NCBI GenBank assembly: GCA_037446635.1 | Contig: JBBIIG010000025.1 | Location: forward strand, 1-58,334 | Direction: 5' to 3' | Length of the DNA: 58,334 nucleotides | Source: a bacterium | Lineage (GTDB): Bacteria; Zhuqueibacterota; Zhuqueibacteria; Oceanimicrobiales; Oceanimicrobiaceae | Part shown: positions 37,259-47,242 of the stretch, piece by piece | How positions within the stretch are numbered: the first letter of the stretch is position 1 | How the letters are laid out: each line of letters opens with the position of its first letter | Position numbers and translations under genes: made by a program | The notes under the pieces: generated by a model | Told to the model about the DNA's origin: nothing | What the model saw: the letters and a program-made list of their open reading frames with translations, nothing else | Databases searched by the model: none

Positions 37259-39031
37259 ATGAAACACTTCCTGGGTTTGGCAATTTGGCTCTGTGCGATC
37301 CCGCTGGCAGCGGCGGCGCAGCAAAAATTCACCCTGTTGGTTAATTCGGAAAAATACCAGAATCCCGTCGTCTCCCATGAAACGATTGATGAAGACAAGA
37401 TCAGAGCCATTGTCACCGATGAAACCGGCCGCATGATTGGCGGCCTCGAAATGGGTGATTTTGAAATTCGCACCGAGCTAAACCGCGGCGTGATTTACAA
37501 AGTAGAGCCGCTGCTCCACACGGAGAAGGCGAACGTGGCGATGGTGCTGTGCATCGACAACAGCAGCTCCATGACCCGCTACGTCGGCCTGCTTAAATCC
37601 ACTCTCGACGCTTTGCTGAAGCATCTGGGGCCATCGGTTAGCATAGGCGGGGTATTTTTCAGTGAAGGCTTCCCGGGCCAGCAAAACGTAACCTTCGAGG
37701 TTCCGAAAAATATTCGGGTCTATACTTTTACTCAAAACAAAAAAAGCCTGCGCGACGCCTTTGAGAAACATCTCGCCAGCCATGCCCTGAGTTCCAAAAC
37801 CTATCTTTTTGATCAGATGTTTTGCGGAATCAAAATGTTCGAGCACATCACCGATCCGCAAACCAAAAAGTTCCTGATTATTCTCTCCGACGGCCAGGAC
37901 AACGCCAGCCAATTCAAAGAGGACGACATTCGCGGTCTGGCGGATGCTTACCCTGAGATCGTTTTTTACACCATCGACTACCTGCAGAAAACCAACCCGT
38001 TTTTACAGAATCTGGCCGTCAAATCCAGCGGGCGATATTTTCAAGCGAACAAAGCTGAAGAGTTGGCGCTTATTTTCGAAAACATCACGCAGGATATCGT
38101 CAACCTCAATGGTTACTTGATCACCTACCGCATCCCACAGGCCGAGTTAACGGGCCGGGTGTTGGCGAGATATTCCTGCGGACCGCCGCCGTCGGCCACG
38201 GTGGAGTGCCGCCCGCTGGGGCGTCCCGATTACAAAACCGAATTCAATGTGGATACGCGCGGAGTGTTCGCTGCCAACCTCGCTGTGCCCCACCGCTGGA
38301 GTGTTCGCGCTGCTGCCCCCAATCATTTGCCCGACAGCGTCATCGTGGACGCCAATGTGGAGGACCTCTACCTGGTAAACTTTAATCTGAATCCGCAAAA
38401 CGTTCTGCTCGCGGGCCGCATTCTCGATTCCGGCACCACGCCCCTGGCCGACGCCCGCGTCACCATCACCGAGCTGGCCAGCGGCCAGTCCATCTACGAC
38501 GGCGTTTCGGACTTTTACAGCTTCGAGTGCCCCTTCGGCGGCGATTTTTTGATCACCGCCACCAAAGATGGCTACTCCTTCGGCTCAGTGGAATTGACCG
38601 ACGTGACGATGGAAACCACTGTGCCGGACATCTCCCTCGGCCTGACCGCTGAGGGGTTCGTTTCCGAATTCCGATTTTTGTTTGAATTCAATTCCGACCG
38701 CCTTGACCTCAGCGACGTCGCCACCCAAACCCAACTTCGCGGCTGCGTCGATTTCGTGCAGCGCGAGCTGGAGAAAAGCGCCACTCGCATGGTGCGGCTG
38801 GTGGGCTGGACCGACAGCGTGGGCACCGTCGAATATAATTTGGAATTGTCGCGGCGGCGGGCGCAGTACATTAAAAATTATCTGACGAAATATGCCATCC
38901 CCAAAAACCGCGTGGAGACAGAGGGGAAGGGCATCAGTTTTAAATATGATAATGAAAGCGAGGAGGGCCGCGCTTTGAATCGCCGCACCGATGTGATCTT
39001 TTTTGATCAAAAGGTCCTCAGCGAAAAATAG
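37259..39031 (+). CDS. Exported VWA-domain protein with carboxypeptidase-regulatory-like domains and C-terminal OmpA peptidoglycan-binding domain
   Basis: MIDAS motif IDNSSSM...KTYLFD...LSDGQDN. OmpA motif GWTDSVGTVEYNLELSRRRA...NRRTDV. Confidence 0.88.
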   Translation: MKHFLGLAIWLCAIPLAAAAQQKFTLLVNSEKYQNPVVSHETIDEDKIRAIVTDETGRMIGGLEMGDFEIRTELNRGVIYKVEPLLHTEKANVAMVLCIDNSSSMTRYVGLLKSTLDALLKHLGPSVSIGGVFFSEGFPGQQNVTFEVPKNIRVYTFTQNKKSLRDAFEKHLASHALSSKTYLFDQMFCGIKMFEHITDPQTKKFLIILSDGQDNASQFKEDDIRGLADAYPEIVFYTIDYLQKTNPFLQNLAVKSSGRYFQANKAEELALIFENITQDIVNLNGYLITYRIPQAELTGRVLARYSCGPPPSATVECRPLGRPDYKTEFNVDTRGVFAANLAVPHRWSVRAAAPNHLPDSVIVDANVEDLYLVNFNLNPQNVLLAGRILDSGTTPLADARVTITELASGQSIYDGVSDFYSFECPFGGDFLITATKDGYSFGSVELTDVTMETTVPDISLGLTAEGFVSEFRFLFEFNSDRLDLSDVATQTQLRGCVDFVQRELEKSATRMVRLVGWTDSVGTVEYNLELSRRRAQYIKNYLTKYAIPKNRVETEGKGISFKYDNESEEGRALNRRTDVIFFDQKVLSEK

Positions 39032-39068
39032 CAACGCGTTCAAAAAGCATGAAAAATGGGAGGGGTTT

Positions 39069-40508
39069 ATGGTAGGCGCAGCGTGGTTGTTCGTGCTGGT
39101 TTTTTTTCCGGCTGGTGTTTTTTCTCAACACGATATCAAAGTTCATGTGCTTTCCAAAAATGAGCGGCATCCGACGGTTTCGTATGAGCAGGTTGAGGTC
39201 AACAAACTCAAAGTGGTGGTCACCGATTCCGGCGTTCCCATCGGTGGCTTGACACCGGCGGACTTTGAAATTCGTCACAAGCAAACCAAACTGGCGGTGG
39301 TGGCGGTGGAGCCGCTGCTGCACTACGAACAGGCAAAAGTGGCCGTTTCCCTGTGCATTGATAACAGCGGCTCGATGGTGGAGCAAGTCCCAATTCTCAT
39401 TTCCACACTGGATAATTTATTAAACCATCTCGGCCCCTCCGCACAAATCAACGCTATCTTTTTTAGCGAGGAGGAAGTTCAGAACCAACTGCTGCCGGAC
39501 GCGCCCAAACGAATCCGCTTGGTGGATTTCACCACCGATCGCGCAGCCATCCGTAGCTTTATTAGCGCGCAGCTTTCCACCAAGCTCACGCCGCAAACGT
39601 TGCTGTACGATGAAATTTATACTGCGATCCGATTAATCGAAAACCGGGCGCAGCGCGACGAGAGCCGTTTTGTGATCGTGCTCTCCGACGGTGTGGATAA
39701 CGGCAGCGAAACCAAGCGGCCGATCATTGAGGAAAAATTAAAGGAAAATCCTCAGTTGGTTTTTTATACCATCGATTACTTGCAAGAGCCCAACCCGTTT
39801 TTACAAGACCTGGCGGCCCGTTCGCACGGCCTGCACTTTCGCGCCCAGCGGTCCGAAGAGTTAGCCAGCATTTTTCAGGACATCACGCGGGATATCGTGA
39901 AGCTCTCCGGTTATTTGATTACTTATCAGCCGCCGCAGGCCATCGTTAGCGGCATCGTAACCGCTGACTCTTCGTGCCGCATTCCGGCTGGCGCGGCGAT
40001 CGATTACTTTCCAAAAGATACCGGCGAGGACAAAAAAATGGCCGCGGTCAGTGAAAACGGCCTGTATGAAATTCGCCTCGATTATCCCCGCCAGTGGATT
40101 CTGCGCGCTCACGCCCCCGGCTACCAGGATGAGCAGCGGGAGATCGATCTGACGGCGCGGGAAGTTTACTTTGTCGATTTCAATTTGCAGCCGGCGCCGG
40201 AATTTACGGAGTCGGCGGTAGATTCGAGCGGGCCGAATATTTTTCAAGCGCAATTTGATGCTTCCCTAATTGAGCCGGAAATCGTGGTGAAGAATACCAG
40301 CGATATCCTTATCGCGCTCGATTTGACCGGCCCAGTTACTCGGACATTTCAAATCGCGCCCTATTCCACCACCACCTTTTCTCTGGTCGATGGCGCCTAT
40401 CGCTACCAGGCCTCGGCTGCGGGTTTGCAATCCCTCACTGGCGAAAGTGAGTTTCGTAAGAATTATCGCTACACCTGGGTTTTCCAGGTGGTGACGGTCA
40501 AGTATTGA
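39069..40508 (+). CDS. Exported VWA-domain protein; tandem paralog of the previous gene with a different C-terminal domain
   Basis: IDNSGSM...QTLLYD...LSDGVDN. Shares VFYTIDYLQ..NPFLQ.LA with the upstream gene. ATG 39069 follows GGAGG. Confidence 0.85.
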   Translation: MVGAAWLFVLVFFPAGVFSQHDIKVHVLSKNERHPTVSYEQVEVNKLKVVVTDSGVPIGGLTPADFEIRHKQTKLAVVAVEPLLHYEQAKVAVSLCIDNSGSMVEQVPILISTLDNLLNHLGPSAQINAIFFSEEEVQNQLLPDAPKRIRLVDFTTDRAAIRSFISAQLSTKLTPQTLLYDEIYTAIRLIENRAQRDESRFVIVLSDGVDNGSETKRPIIEEKLKENPQLVFYTIDYLQEPNPFLQDLAARSHGLHFRAQRSEELASIFQDITRDIVKLSGYLITYQPPQAIVSGIVTADSSCRIPAGAAIDYFPKDTGEDKKMAAVSENGLYEIRLDYPRQWILRAHAPGYQDEQREIDLTAREVYFVDFNLQPAPEFTESAVDSSGPNIFQAQFDASLIEPEIVVKNTSDILIALDLTGPVTRTFQIAPYSTTTFSLVDGAYRYQASAAGLQSLTGESEFRKNYRYTWVFQVVTVKY

Positions 40509-40548
40509 CGCCGCTAATCAATAACTCCAAAACTAAAAGTGACCGGTC

Positions 40549-41142
40549 ATGGAAAATTACGCCGTCGTCGATACCCTCCTGCGCGCGGCGCAAAGCAACG
40601 ATCTCCGCGCTGAACGCGAGCTTTTTACCAATCTGCGCGCAAGACTTTTCAATCTCGCAAAATGTATTTTGTTGAGGAATTATCACGTGCTGGACAGCGA
40701 AACGCGCGAAGCCGACGCCGAGGATATCGCGCAAAATGCCTTGATCACCATTCAGCAAAAATATAAAACGCAAACATTTGACAACGGCTTCTTTTCCTGG
40801 GTCAACCGGATTTTACGCAACACCATCGGCAACTACATGCGCGCCAAACTTCGCCGCGATCAAACCTTTGCTGCCCTCAACCCTTTCGAATCTCCACCGG
40901 AAAACGACAGCCAGTGGATCGAAGAAATCGACAGCCGCGATTTGCTGAAAAAGATCTTGATCTACATTCAACGATTTAGCGAAGTGTGCAAAAAAATCCT
41001 GCTGATATTTGCGAAAGAAGGGACGCGCGAGGACGTGATATTAGAATTTTCGGGCACCCCGGTCGTCACCATTGACAGCCGAATTTCTCGCTGCCGCCAA
41101 AAATTAAAGGAGTACTTGCAGCGCCAAGGCATTCTATTATGA
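40549..41142 (+). CDS. ECF-type RNA polymerase sigma-70 factor
   Basis: Region 2: DAEDIAQNALI...FFSWVNRILRNTIGNYMR. Region 4: TPVVTIDSRISRCRQKLK. Confidence 0.85.
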   Translation: MENYAVVDTLLRAAQSNDLRAERELFTNLRARLFNLAKCILLRNYHVLDSETREADAEDIAQNALITIQQKYKTQTFDNGFFSWVNRILRNTIGNYMRAKLRRDQTFAALNPFESPPENDSQWIEEIDSRDLLKKILIYIQRFSEVCKKILLIFAKEGTREDVILEFSGTPVVTIDSRISRCRQKLKEYLQRQGILL

Positions 41143-41984
41143 CGTGCGTGAATCCCAAAATCGGAAATTTGCTGGCGCGCTACGAGCTAAAGTTGTTGTC
41201 GCCTGCAGAAAAGTCCGCGTTCGAGTTGCACCTGCTGCAATGTGATTTTTGTTATCAGGAGTACGATTCCTTCAGCAGCGTCATCGCCGTGATGAGTGAG
41301 GAACGAGCGGCATTGAAAGAGGCCTTAACCCAGGAGAGCGGCGCCAGGCCGTTGACAATTTGGGATAGTTTGCGAGCTCTGGCGCAACGGCCCAATGGGC
41401 TGCCGAGCGTTCGGCCAGCCTGGGGGCTCGCAGCCGCGGCGGTTTTACTACTTTTGTTTTTTATCTGGCTGCCTCTTCCGCCAAGTTATCGCGACCTGGC
41501 GGTGGTGGCGCCCGCGGAATATCAGCCGTTTGAGATTCTGTTGCGCGGCGGCCCCGCGGCTCAAAATTGGAAAATGCTTTTCGATGAGGGCATGGCGTTC
41601 TATTCCGAAGGGAAATATTCCGAAGCCGTCGCGAAACTTTCGCAGTCGCGTGTTTTGAATCCTAACGACGCCGGCGTACAATTTTACCTGGGCGTGAGTT
41701 TTCTGTTGACGGAGTTGCCGGATTCGGCCGTCGTTTATTTGCAAAACGTTTTGGTTTCTGGGGATTCTAATTTCGTCGAAGCTGCGCACTGGTTCTTGGG
41801 CAACACTTATTTGTTAAAAGAGGATCCGCGCCGCGCCGCCGAGCATTTTGAACAAGTTTTGACGTTTGACGGCCAATACAAAGATCAGGCATCCGAGCTA
41901 TTGCAGCGAATATCGCAAAGCGAAGATCGTCCCCAATTGCTGAAAGCTCTGCAGCATCTCAAAAAGAATTTGCTCAATAAATAA
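41139..41984 (+). CDS. Zinc-finger (zf-HC2) transmembrane anti-sigma factor with periplasmic TPRs
   Basis: HLLQCDFC (HxxxCxxC), one TM helix, TPRs (VQFYLGVSFL, AHWFLGNTYL). ATGA overlap with the sigma gene. Confidence 0.85.
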   Translation: MTCVNPKIGNLLARYELKLLSPAEKSAFELHLLQCDFCYQEYDSFSSVIAVMSEERAALKEALTQESGARPLTIWDSLRALAQRPNGLPSVRPAWGLAAAAVLLLLFFIWLPLPPSYRDLAVVAPAEYQPFEILLRGGPAAQNWKMLFDEGMAFYSEGKYSEAVAKLSQSRVLNPNDAGVQFYLGVSFLLTELPDSAVVYLQNVLVSGDSNFVEAAHWFLGNTYLLKEDPRRAAEHFEQVLTFDGQYKDQASELLQRISQSEDRPQLLKALQHLKKNLLNK

Positions 41985-41986
41985 AA

Positions 41987-44900
41987 ATGTTAAACACCGA
42001 AACCTACCGAAGGCGCAGCATGATGTTTGAACGAATCACCGTACCTCCGCTGATTTTTTGTTTGTGCCTGGGTGCGGCATTTCTGTCGGCCCCGTCTAAC
42101 TTTGCAGCCGCGGCATTTTTTCAACAAGAAAGCTCCAACATGGCGCTGCAAAATCAGGCTGCGGCGACTTACAATCGCGGCGTCAATTTTTATAATCAGG
42201 ATCAGTACCAGCCGGCGCTGCTGGAATTCAAGAGGGCGTTGGAGTTGTACCGCCGGCTCGCCCACAACGAGCAGATGGCGACCTGTTTCAAGATGATCGG
42301 CGAGGTTAATCGCTTGCTGCAAAATTATGACGACGCCATCGCCGCCTTTAACCAGGCGCTGCCGTTCTTTGTGAACCGCCTCGTGCACAACCCGTTAGAG
42401 GCCGCCGAAACCCACCGCCTGCTGGCTCAAACCTATTTAGATGCGGAGAATTATTCGCAGGCGTTGTCAACCTTTGAACAAGCCGGCAGATTGTACAAAA
42501 AAATTACGAATCTCGAAGGCGAAGCCCGGTGCACTTATGGCAAAGGTTTGTGTTATTATTACTCCGAAGACTATGACTCCGCGCTCAATAGTTTTCAAGC
42601 TGCGGAGGCGCTCTTCAAAACGCTTAGCCAGGCGCAGCAGCAAGTGCGGTGTCGCATTCAAATTGCCCTCTGCTACCAGGCCCTCGAAAACCACGATCAG
42701 GCAATTCAGACTATTTTGTCTTATATTAATCTCACCCAAGAGCCGCTGCAATTGGCGAACGGTTATTACCGCCTGGGGCACAGTTACTATGACTTGGAGA
42801 ATTTTCCGGAAGCGATTTCCGCTTATCTGCGAGCGCTGAATTTTTACCAGGCGTTGAACAACCCCGAGTATGTCGGTTACTGCCAGCACTATGCTGGCGA
42901 CGCCTTTTTTGAGCAGAAGAATTGGGAGCAGGCCGGCCATTATTATGAGTTGGCGGCGGCCAGCCTGGCCGCGGCCGGGAAAATCAAACCGCAAATCATC
43001 TCACTCATTTCGTTGGGAAACGCGCATTTCAATTCTGGGCGATACGAGATGGCCAAAGACGCTTATCAAATTTCAGCGGAATTGGCGCAGCAAAATAATT
43101 TGCCCGAGGAAGCCCAAGCGCGCGAGCGTTTGGGTGAGACCTATGATTTACTGAAGCTGCCGGATTTGGCGGCGGTGAATTTTGAACACGCGGCCAGATT
43201 GTTTAGCGCCGCCAATCAATATTCGCAGGCGGTGGCCGCGCTCATTCGTTTGGGAGATATTCAATTGCAGCGCTCACAAAGCAGCCAGGCCATCGAGAGC
43301 TTCCGCCGCGCCGCCGCGCTGGCGGCCGCGAATCCGGAGTTGTCGCAAGAGCGCGCCGATTGCCAATTGAAGATCGCTGAAGCGCTGCGTTTAAGCCAGC
43401 AACCGCAGCCGGCGCTCGAAGAGTACCGGCGCGCCATCGCACTTTTACAAAATTTGGAGGGGGGCGACCGCGACTTAGCCAAAGCGCTGGACGGTTTGGG
43501 TCACGCCTATTTTGATTTGCAGCAGTATCCTGAAGCTTCAGTCAATTTCATCGAGGCGGCGCGGCTCTATTTGTTGGACGATCAGCGACTGGATGCGGCC
43601 CGCTGCCATTACAATTCCGGGCTGTGTTATTACAACGTCAACGATTTGCCGAGAGCGCACAATCAGTTTTCGCGCGCTCTGGAATTTTACACCCAACTGG
43701 ATGACCGCCAGGGCGCGGCGAATTGTCGGTTACGGCTGGCTTATGTTTTCCTCGAACAAAATTTGTTTCGAGAAGCGCGCCAGCAGTTCGAGACGGCGAT
43801 TCAATTGTGCACCGCCATCCATGACTCTGATGGTTTGGCCGATGGCTACAGTGGTCTGGCCAGAATTTTTCTTGATGCCGATCCTCCGAATTTAAGTGAA
43901 GCGGAAAACCTTTTTACCCGCGCCCGAAATCTATACACCAACTTAAACGATCTCGAAGGCATGACCAGGACGCTGCGCGGCCTGGCGGAAATCGAGTTCA
44001 ACCGCCAGCACTACCCGTCCGCACTGCTCAAATACGAAGAGGCTGGAAATTCATTCGTTGCGCTTGGCAACCTGGCCGAGGCGGCGCGCTGTTTTGAAAA
44101 CGTCGGCAATTGTCATTTCAATCTCAAAAACTACGGCGCGGCTTTGCCGGCTTACCAAAAAGCGCTGGCTTATTACCAGCAAGTGAACGACCCGCAGAAT
44201 ATCGCCGACGGCCAGGTGCAAATCGCCGACAGCTACCTCGCGCTTTTCGAGATCGAGGATCAACAAAATCATCTCCTGCTGGCCCGGCAGAATTATGAGT
44301 CGGCGTTCCGCTTTTATGAAAGAGTCAACGATCACAAAGGTATGTTGCAGTGCCTGACCGGTTTGGGAGATGTTTACTTCAACGAGCGGCAATTCAGCGA
44401 AGCCCGCAGCAAATATGAGGAAGCCTTGACGCGCGCCCGGCCCTACATCGATGCCAAGTCGGAAGTGCGGGTGTTGTACAAATTGGCGCAGTGCTATATT
44501 GAAGAGCGCAATTTTGAACGGGTGTTCGCGCTCCTCAATCAGATTTATAATGTTTATTTACAAGAACGGGATCTCGATGGGCAACTGCAGACACTGCTGG
44601 AGCAGGCCGAGTTGTTCCGCAAATTCAACCAATTTGAAAAAGCGCTGGCAGGTTACGATCGAGTTTTGCAGCTCACGCAGGACAGCAAATTTGTCCGCGT
44701 TGCAAAAATCGAAAAGGCGAATTTGTTGTATCTGGAGATTGGCGAAAAAGAAGAAGCTCAAAAGTTATATCGGGAAGCGCTGGAGCTGGCCCAGGCCGAT
44801 CGCGATTCCGATCACGTCGCCGCCAGCCAAATGGGGTTGGCCAATTTACTTTTTGATGAAGGCGAGTACGGCCCGGCGTTGGCCTACTACGAGAATATTC

Positions 44901-46843
44901 TGGCCATCGCGCAGGCGCAGCAGGACGAGGTGGGAATCGGCAAGGCCTTTATCAACATCGGCAATGTGCACAAACACCTCGGCTTCCTGGAGAAGGCGGA
45001 AAATTATTATCGCGAGGCCCAAGCCATCAGCCAGCGCATCGATGTTTTGGAAACCCTGAGCATCAGTTTGAACAATTTAGGCACCGTGGATTTAAGCCGC
45101 GGCTTATATACTGCCGCGCTGGAAAAATTTCAACAGGCGGAAAAAGCCGCGCAGCGCGCGTTCTTCAATCGGCTGTTGATTTCGGTTTATGCAAATCAGG
45201 GCGTGATTTACGAGACATTGGCGAACTATGAGCAGGCGCGGGATTACTACGACAAAGCTATTAGTATCGTTGAACAGATTCGCGCGGATCTCAAACAGGA
45301 AAAGCTGATTCAAACATTCGTGGCGAGCACCGCCGAGTTATACGATCGCATGATCGCGCTGTTGTTTGAAAAGCTCAACGACCCGCATGCGGCGCTAAGT
45401 TATATTGAGCGTTCCCGTTCAAAAGGGTTGCTCGAAGATTACCGCCGGAAAGCGCAGAGCCGCGGCGATCAGGAGTTGCTCGCAAACCTGGATAAAGTTG
45501 CAGTGATGATTGAAAAGATCAAGGCGGATCAGAAAAAGCTCTTAAGCGAGCTATCGAAGCCGGCGGCGCAGCGCAACGAAAACCTGGTGAAAGATTTGAG
45601 TCAGCTTATCGCCCGCAATACGCGGGAAGTGAACGCGCTGGAACGCATGCTGCTCGAGACGCGACCGGATTATCCGGGAATGATGAGTGTTCGCGCCGCG
45701 CAAGTATCCACCATTCAAGATCTCATCCCTCGAGACGCGACCGTGGTCATGTATTATCCGGATAAAGATAAGCTTTTTATATTTGTTGCCAGCCACGAAC
45801 AATTCATCGCCCGCTCGATGGACATCCCGCGCGACGTCCTGTACACTAAAATCCGCGAATATCGAGCGCTGATCAAACAGCACATGCAAAGACTGCACGG
45901 CGCCAGAACCGCCGAAGAGTTTCTGAATATTTTACGCATCCGTTCCTGGAACGATGACTGGATTCAGCCGCTGACCCAATTAACCACCGAACTGCACCAG
46001 TATTTGATCCGTCCGTTCCAAAATGAGCTCACCCCGGGACAAACCGTCATTTTCATTCCCGCTGGCGAGTTGTCCTATCTGCCGCTGCATGCGCTGGCCG
46101 AGGAACAGGGCGGCGATTTAAAATTTGTTTTAGAAAACTGGCGGGTCGCCTATCTTACCTCAACTACATTTACCAACAGCGTGACCCGCAATCAGTTGCG
46201 GGTGGTGCCGCGCGAACTGTGCGCCAATAACGTCGTTGCGTTTGGCAACTCCACGGGCAAGCTTGCCGGGGTGGATCGTGAGATGCTCAGTTTGAAACAA
46301 TTTGCGCCGCAAGCTCAAATTCATTTGGGAGCCGACGCCACCGAAGAGCAGGCCAAGCAGTTGTTTCGAGATGCGTGTTTTTTTGTCATCTCCGACCACT
46401 GCCACGTTAACGAGCAGCAAACGGATAAAACCTTCCTGCTGCTGGCGGCCTCCTCCCAAGAAGATGGTTTTCTTTATTCTGGAGAAATTGAAGATCTTCG
46501 AAATCCCATGCTCGATTTGGTGATGCTCCCCAACTGCGAGTCCGCCATCGGCCAGAAGAATCCTAATTTTGGTGTGCACAATTTAGTAGAATCGTTTAGC
46601 GTGGCCGGCGCCATTTCCATCATCGCCACGTTGTGGCCCATCAGCGATTATATCACTCCCCAGCTTCTGCACGAATTTTACAAAAATTATTTTGCCAGCC
46701 GGCAGGACAAAGCCGAAGCGCTGCAGAGGGCGCAAATCGAGCTCATCCGCGCGCCCGAAACCCGGCACCCCTTTTTCTGGGCCGGGTTTATGCTGTTTGG
46801 CTACTGGAATCGCGATCTGGTGGCGGAGACGACGCGCAAATGA
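41987..46843 (+). CDS. Large TPR-repeat protein with C-terminal CHAT (caspase/separase-like) domain
   Basis: Many TPRs. CHAT hallmarks ERSRSKGLL, IFIPAGELSYLPLHAL, DGFLYSGEI, IATLWPISD, KAEALQRAQ, HPFFWAGFMLFG. Probable signal peptide (alternative start 42020). Confidence 0.9.
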   Translation: MLNTETYRRRSMMFERITVPPLIFCLCLGAAFLSAPSNFAAAAFFQQESSNMALQNQAAATYNRGVNFYNQDQYQPALLEFKRALELYRRLAHNEQMATCFKMIGEVNRLLQNYDDAIAAFNQALPFFVNRLVHNPLEAAETHRLLAQTYLDAENYSQALSTFEQAGRLYKKITNLEGEARCTYGKGLCYYYSEDYDSALNSFQAAEALFKTLSQAQQQVRCRIQIALCYQALENHDQAIQTILSYINLTQEPLQLANGYYRLGHSYYDLENFPEAISAYLRALNFYQALNNPEYVGYCQHYAGDAFFEQKNWEQAGHYYELAAASLAAAGKIKPQIISLISLGNAHFNSGRYEMAKDAYQISAELAQQNNLPEEAQARERLGETYDLLKLPDLAAVNFEHAARLFSAANQYSQAVAALIRLGDIQLQRSQSSQAIESFRRAAALAAANPELSQERADCQLKIAEALRLSQQPQPALEEYRRAIALLQNLEGGDRDLAKALDGLGHAYFDLQQYPEASVNFIEAARLYLLDDQRLDAARCHYNSGLCYYNVNDLPRAHNQFSRALEFYTQLDDRQGAANCRLRLAYVFLEQNLFREARQQFETAIQLCTAIHDSDGLADGYSGLARIFLDADPPNLSEAENLFTRARNLYTNLNDLEGMTRTLRGLAEIEFNRQHYPSALLKYEEAGNSFVALGNLAEAARCFENVGNCHFNLKNYGAALPAYQKALAYYQQVNDPQNIADGQVQIADSYLALFEIEDQQNHLLLARQNYESAFRFYERVNDHKGMLQCLTGLGDVYFNERQFSEARSKYEEALTRARPYIDAKSEVRVLYKLAQCYIEERNFERVFALLNQIYNVYLQERDLDGQLQTLLEQAELFRKFNQFEKALAGYDRVLQLTQDSKFVRVAKIEKANLLYLEIGEKEEAQKLYREALELAQADRDSDHVAASQMGLANLLFDEGEYGPALAYYENILAIAQAQQDEVGIGKAFINIGNVHKHLGFLEKAENYYREAQAISQRIDVLETLSISLNNLGTVDLSRGLYTAALEKFQQAEKAAQRAFFNRLLISVYANQGVIYETLANYEQARDYYDKAISIVEQIRADLKQEKLIQTFVASTAELYDRMIALLFEKLNDPHAALSYIERSRSKGLLEDYRRKAQSRGDQELLANLDKVAVMIEKIKADQKKLLSELSKPAAQRNENLVKDLSQLIARNTREVNALERMLLETRPDYPGMMSVRAAQVSTIQDLIPRDATVVMYYPDKDKLFIFVASHEQFIARSMDIPRDVLYTKIREYRALIKQHMQRLHGARTAEEFLNILRIRSWNDDWIQPLTQLTTELHQYLIRPFQNELTPGQTVIFIPAGELSYLPLHALAEEQGGDLKFVLENWRVAYLTSTTFTNSVTRNQLRVVPRELCANNVVAFGNSTGKLAGVDREMLSLKQFAPQAQIHLGADATEEQAKQLFRDACFFVISDHCHVNEQQTDKTFLLLAASSQEDGFLYSGEIEDLRNPMLDLVMLPNCESAIGQKNPNFGVHNLVESFSVAGAISIIATLWPISDYITPQLLHEFYKNYFASRQDKAEALQRAQIELIRAPETRHPFFWAGFMLFGYWNRDLVAETTRK

Positions 46844-46951
46844 GAGTGGGGCGGAAGGCGTCCCGGTTTCTTAAAAATATTTTCGGCGACAGCAAGATTT
46901 TCGCGTTCGCCAAAATATATTTGCTGAAGTCAAAATCAGGGAGGTGATAGT

Positions 46952-47242
46952 ATGATGCCCGGTAACTACATCACCGAATCCAGCGCGTCTGGCCGCCTAT
47001 CACGAATTTATGACGGCCTAAAAATCGCCGCCGCCGATCGCTTCATCAATTACCAGGAGGTGCTGGCGCTGATTGAGCTGTGCCAGGACGCACACATTTC
47101 CGGCGATCTGCTGCTGGATTTGATTTCCCGAAAAGTCGCCCGCGGCGCCTGCCAGGTGGATCCCGCCGTTCGCCGTTGGATGCGAAACGTCAAGCCTGAG
47201 AGCTCGGCGGCAAAACATCAACTTTTAGAATTAACTCTTTGA
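46952..47242 (+). CDS. Small hypothetical protein
   Basis: GGAGGTG ribosome-binding site; overlaps the next gene. Confidence 0.6.
   Translation: MMPGNYITESSASGRLSRIYDGLKIAAADRFINYQEVLALIELCQDAHISGDLLLDLISRKVARGACQVDPAVRRWMRNVKPESSAAKHQLLELTL

Noticed and set aside
41987..46843. Type III-E CRISPR Craspase or gasdermin defence system
   Set aside because: No Cas7-11, CRISPR array or gasdermin-like ORF; the protein appears exported.
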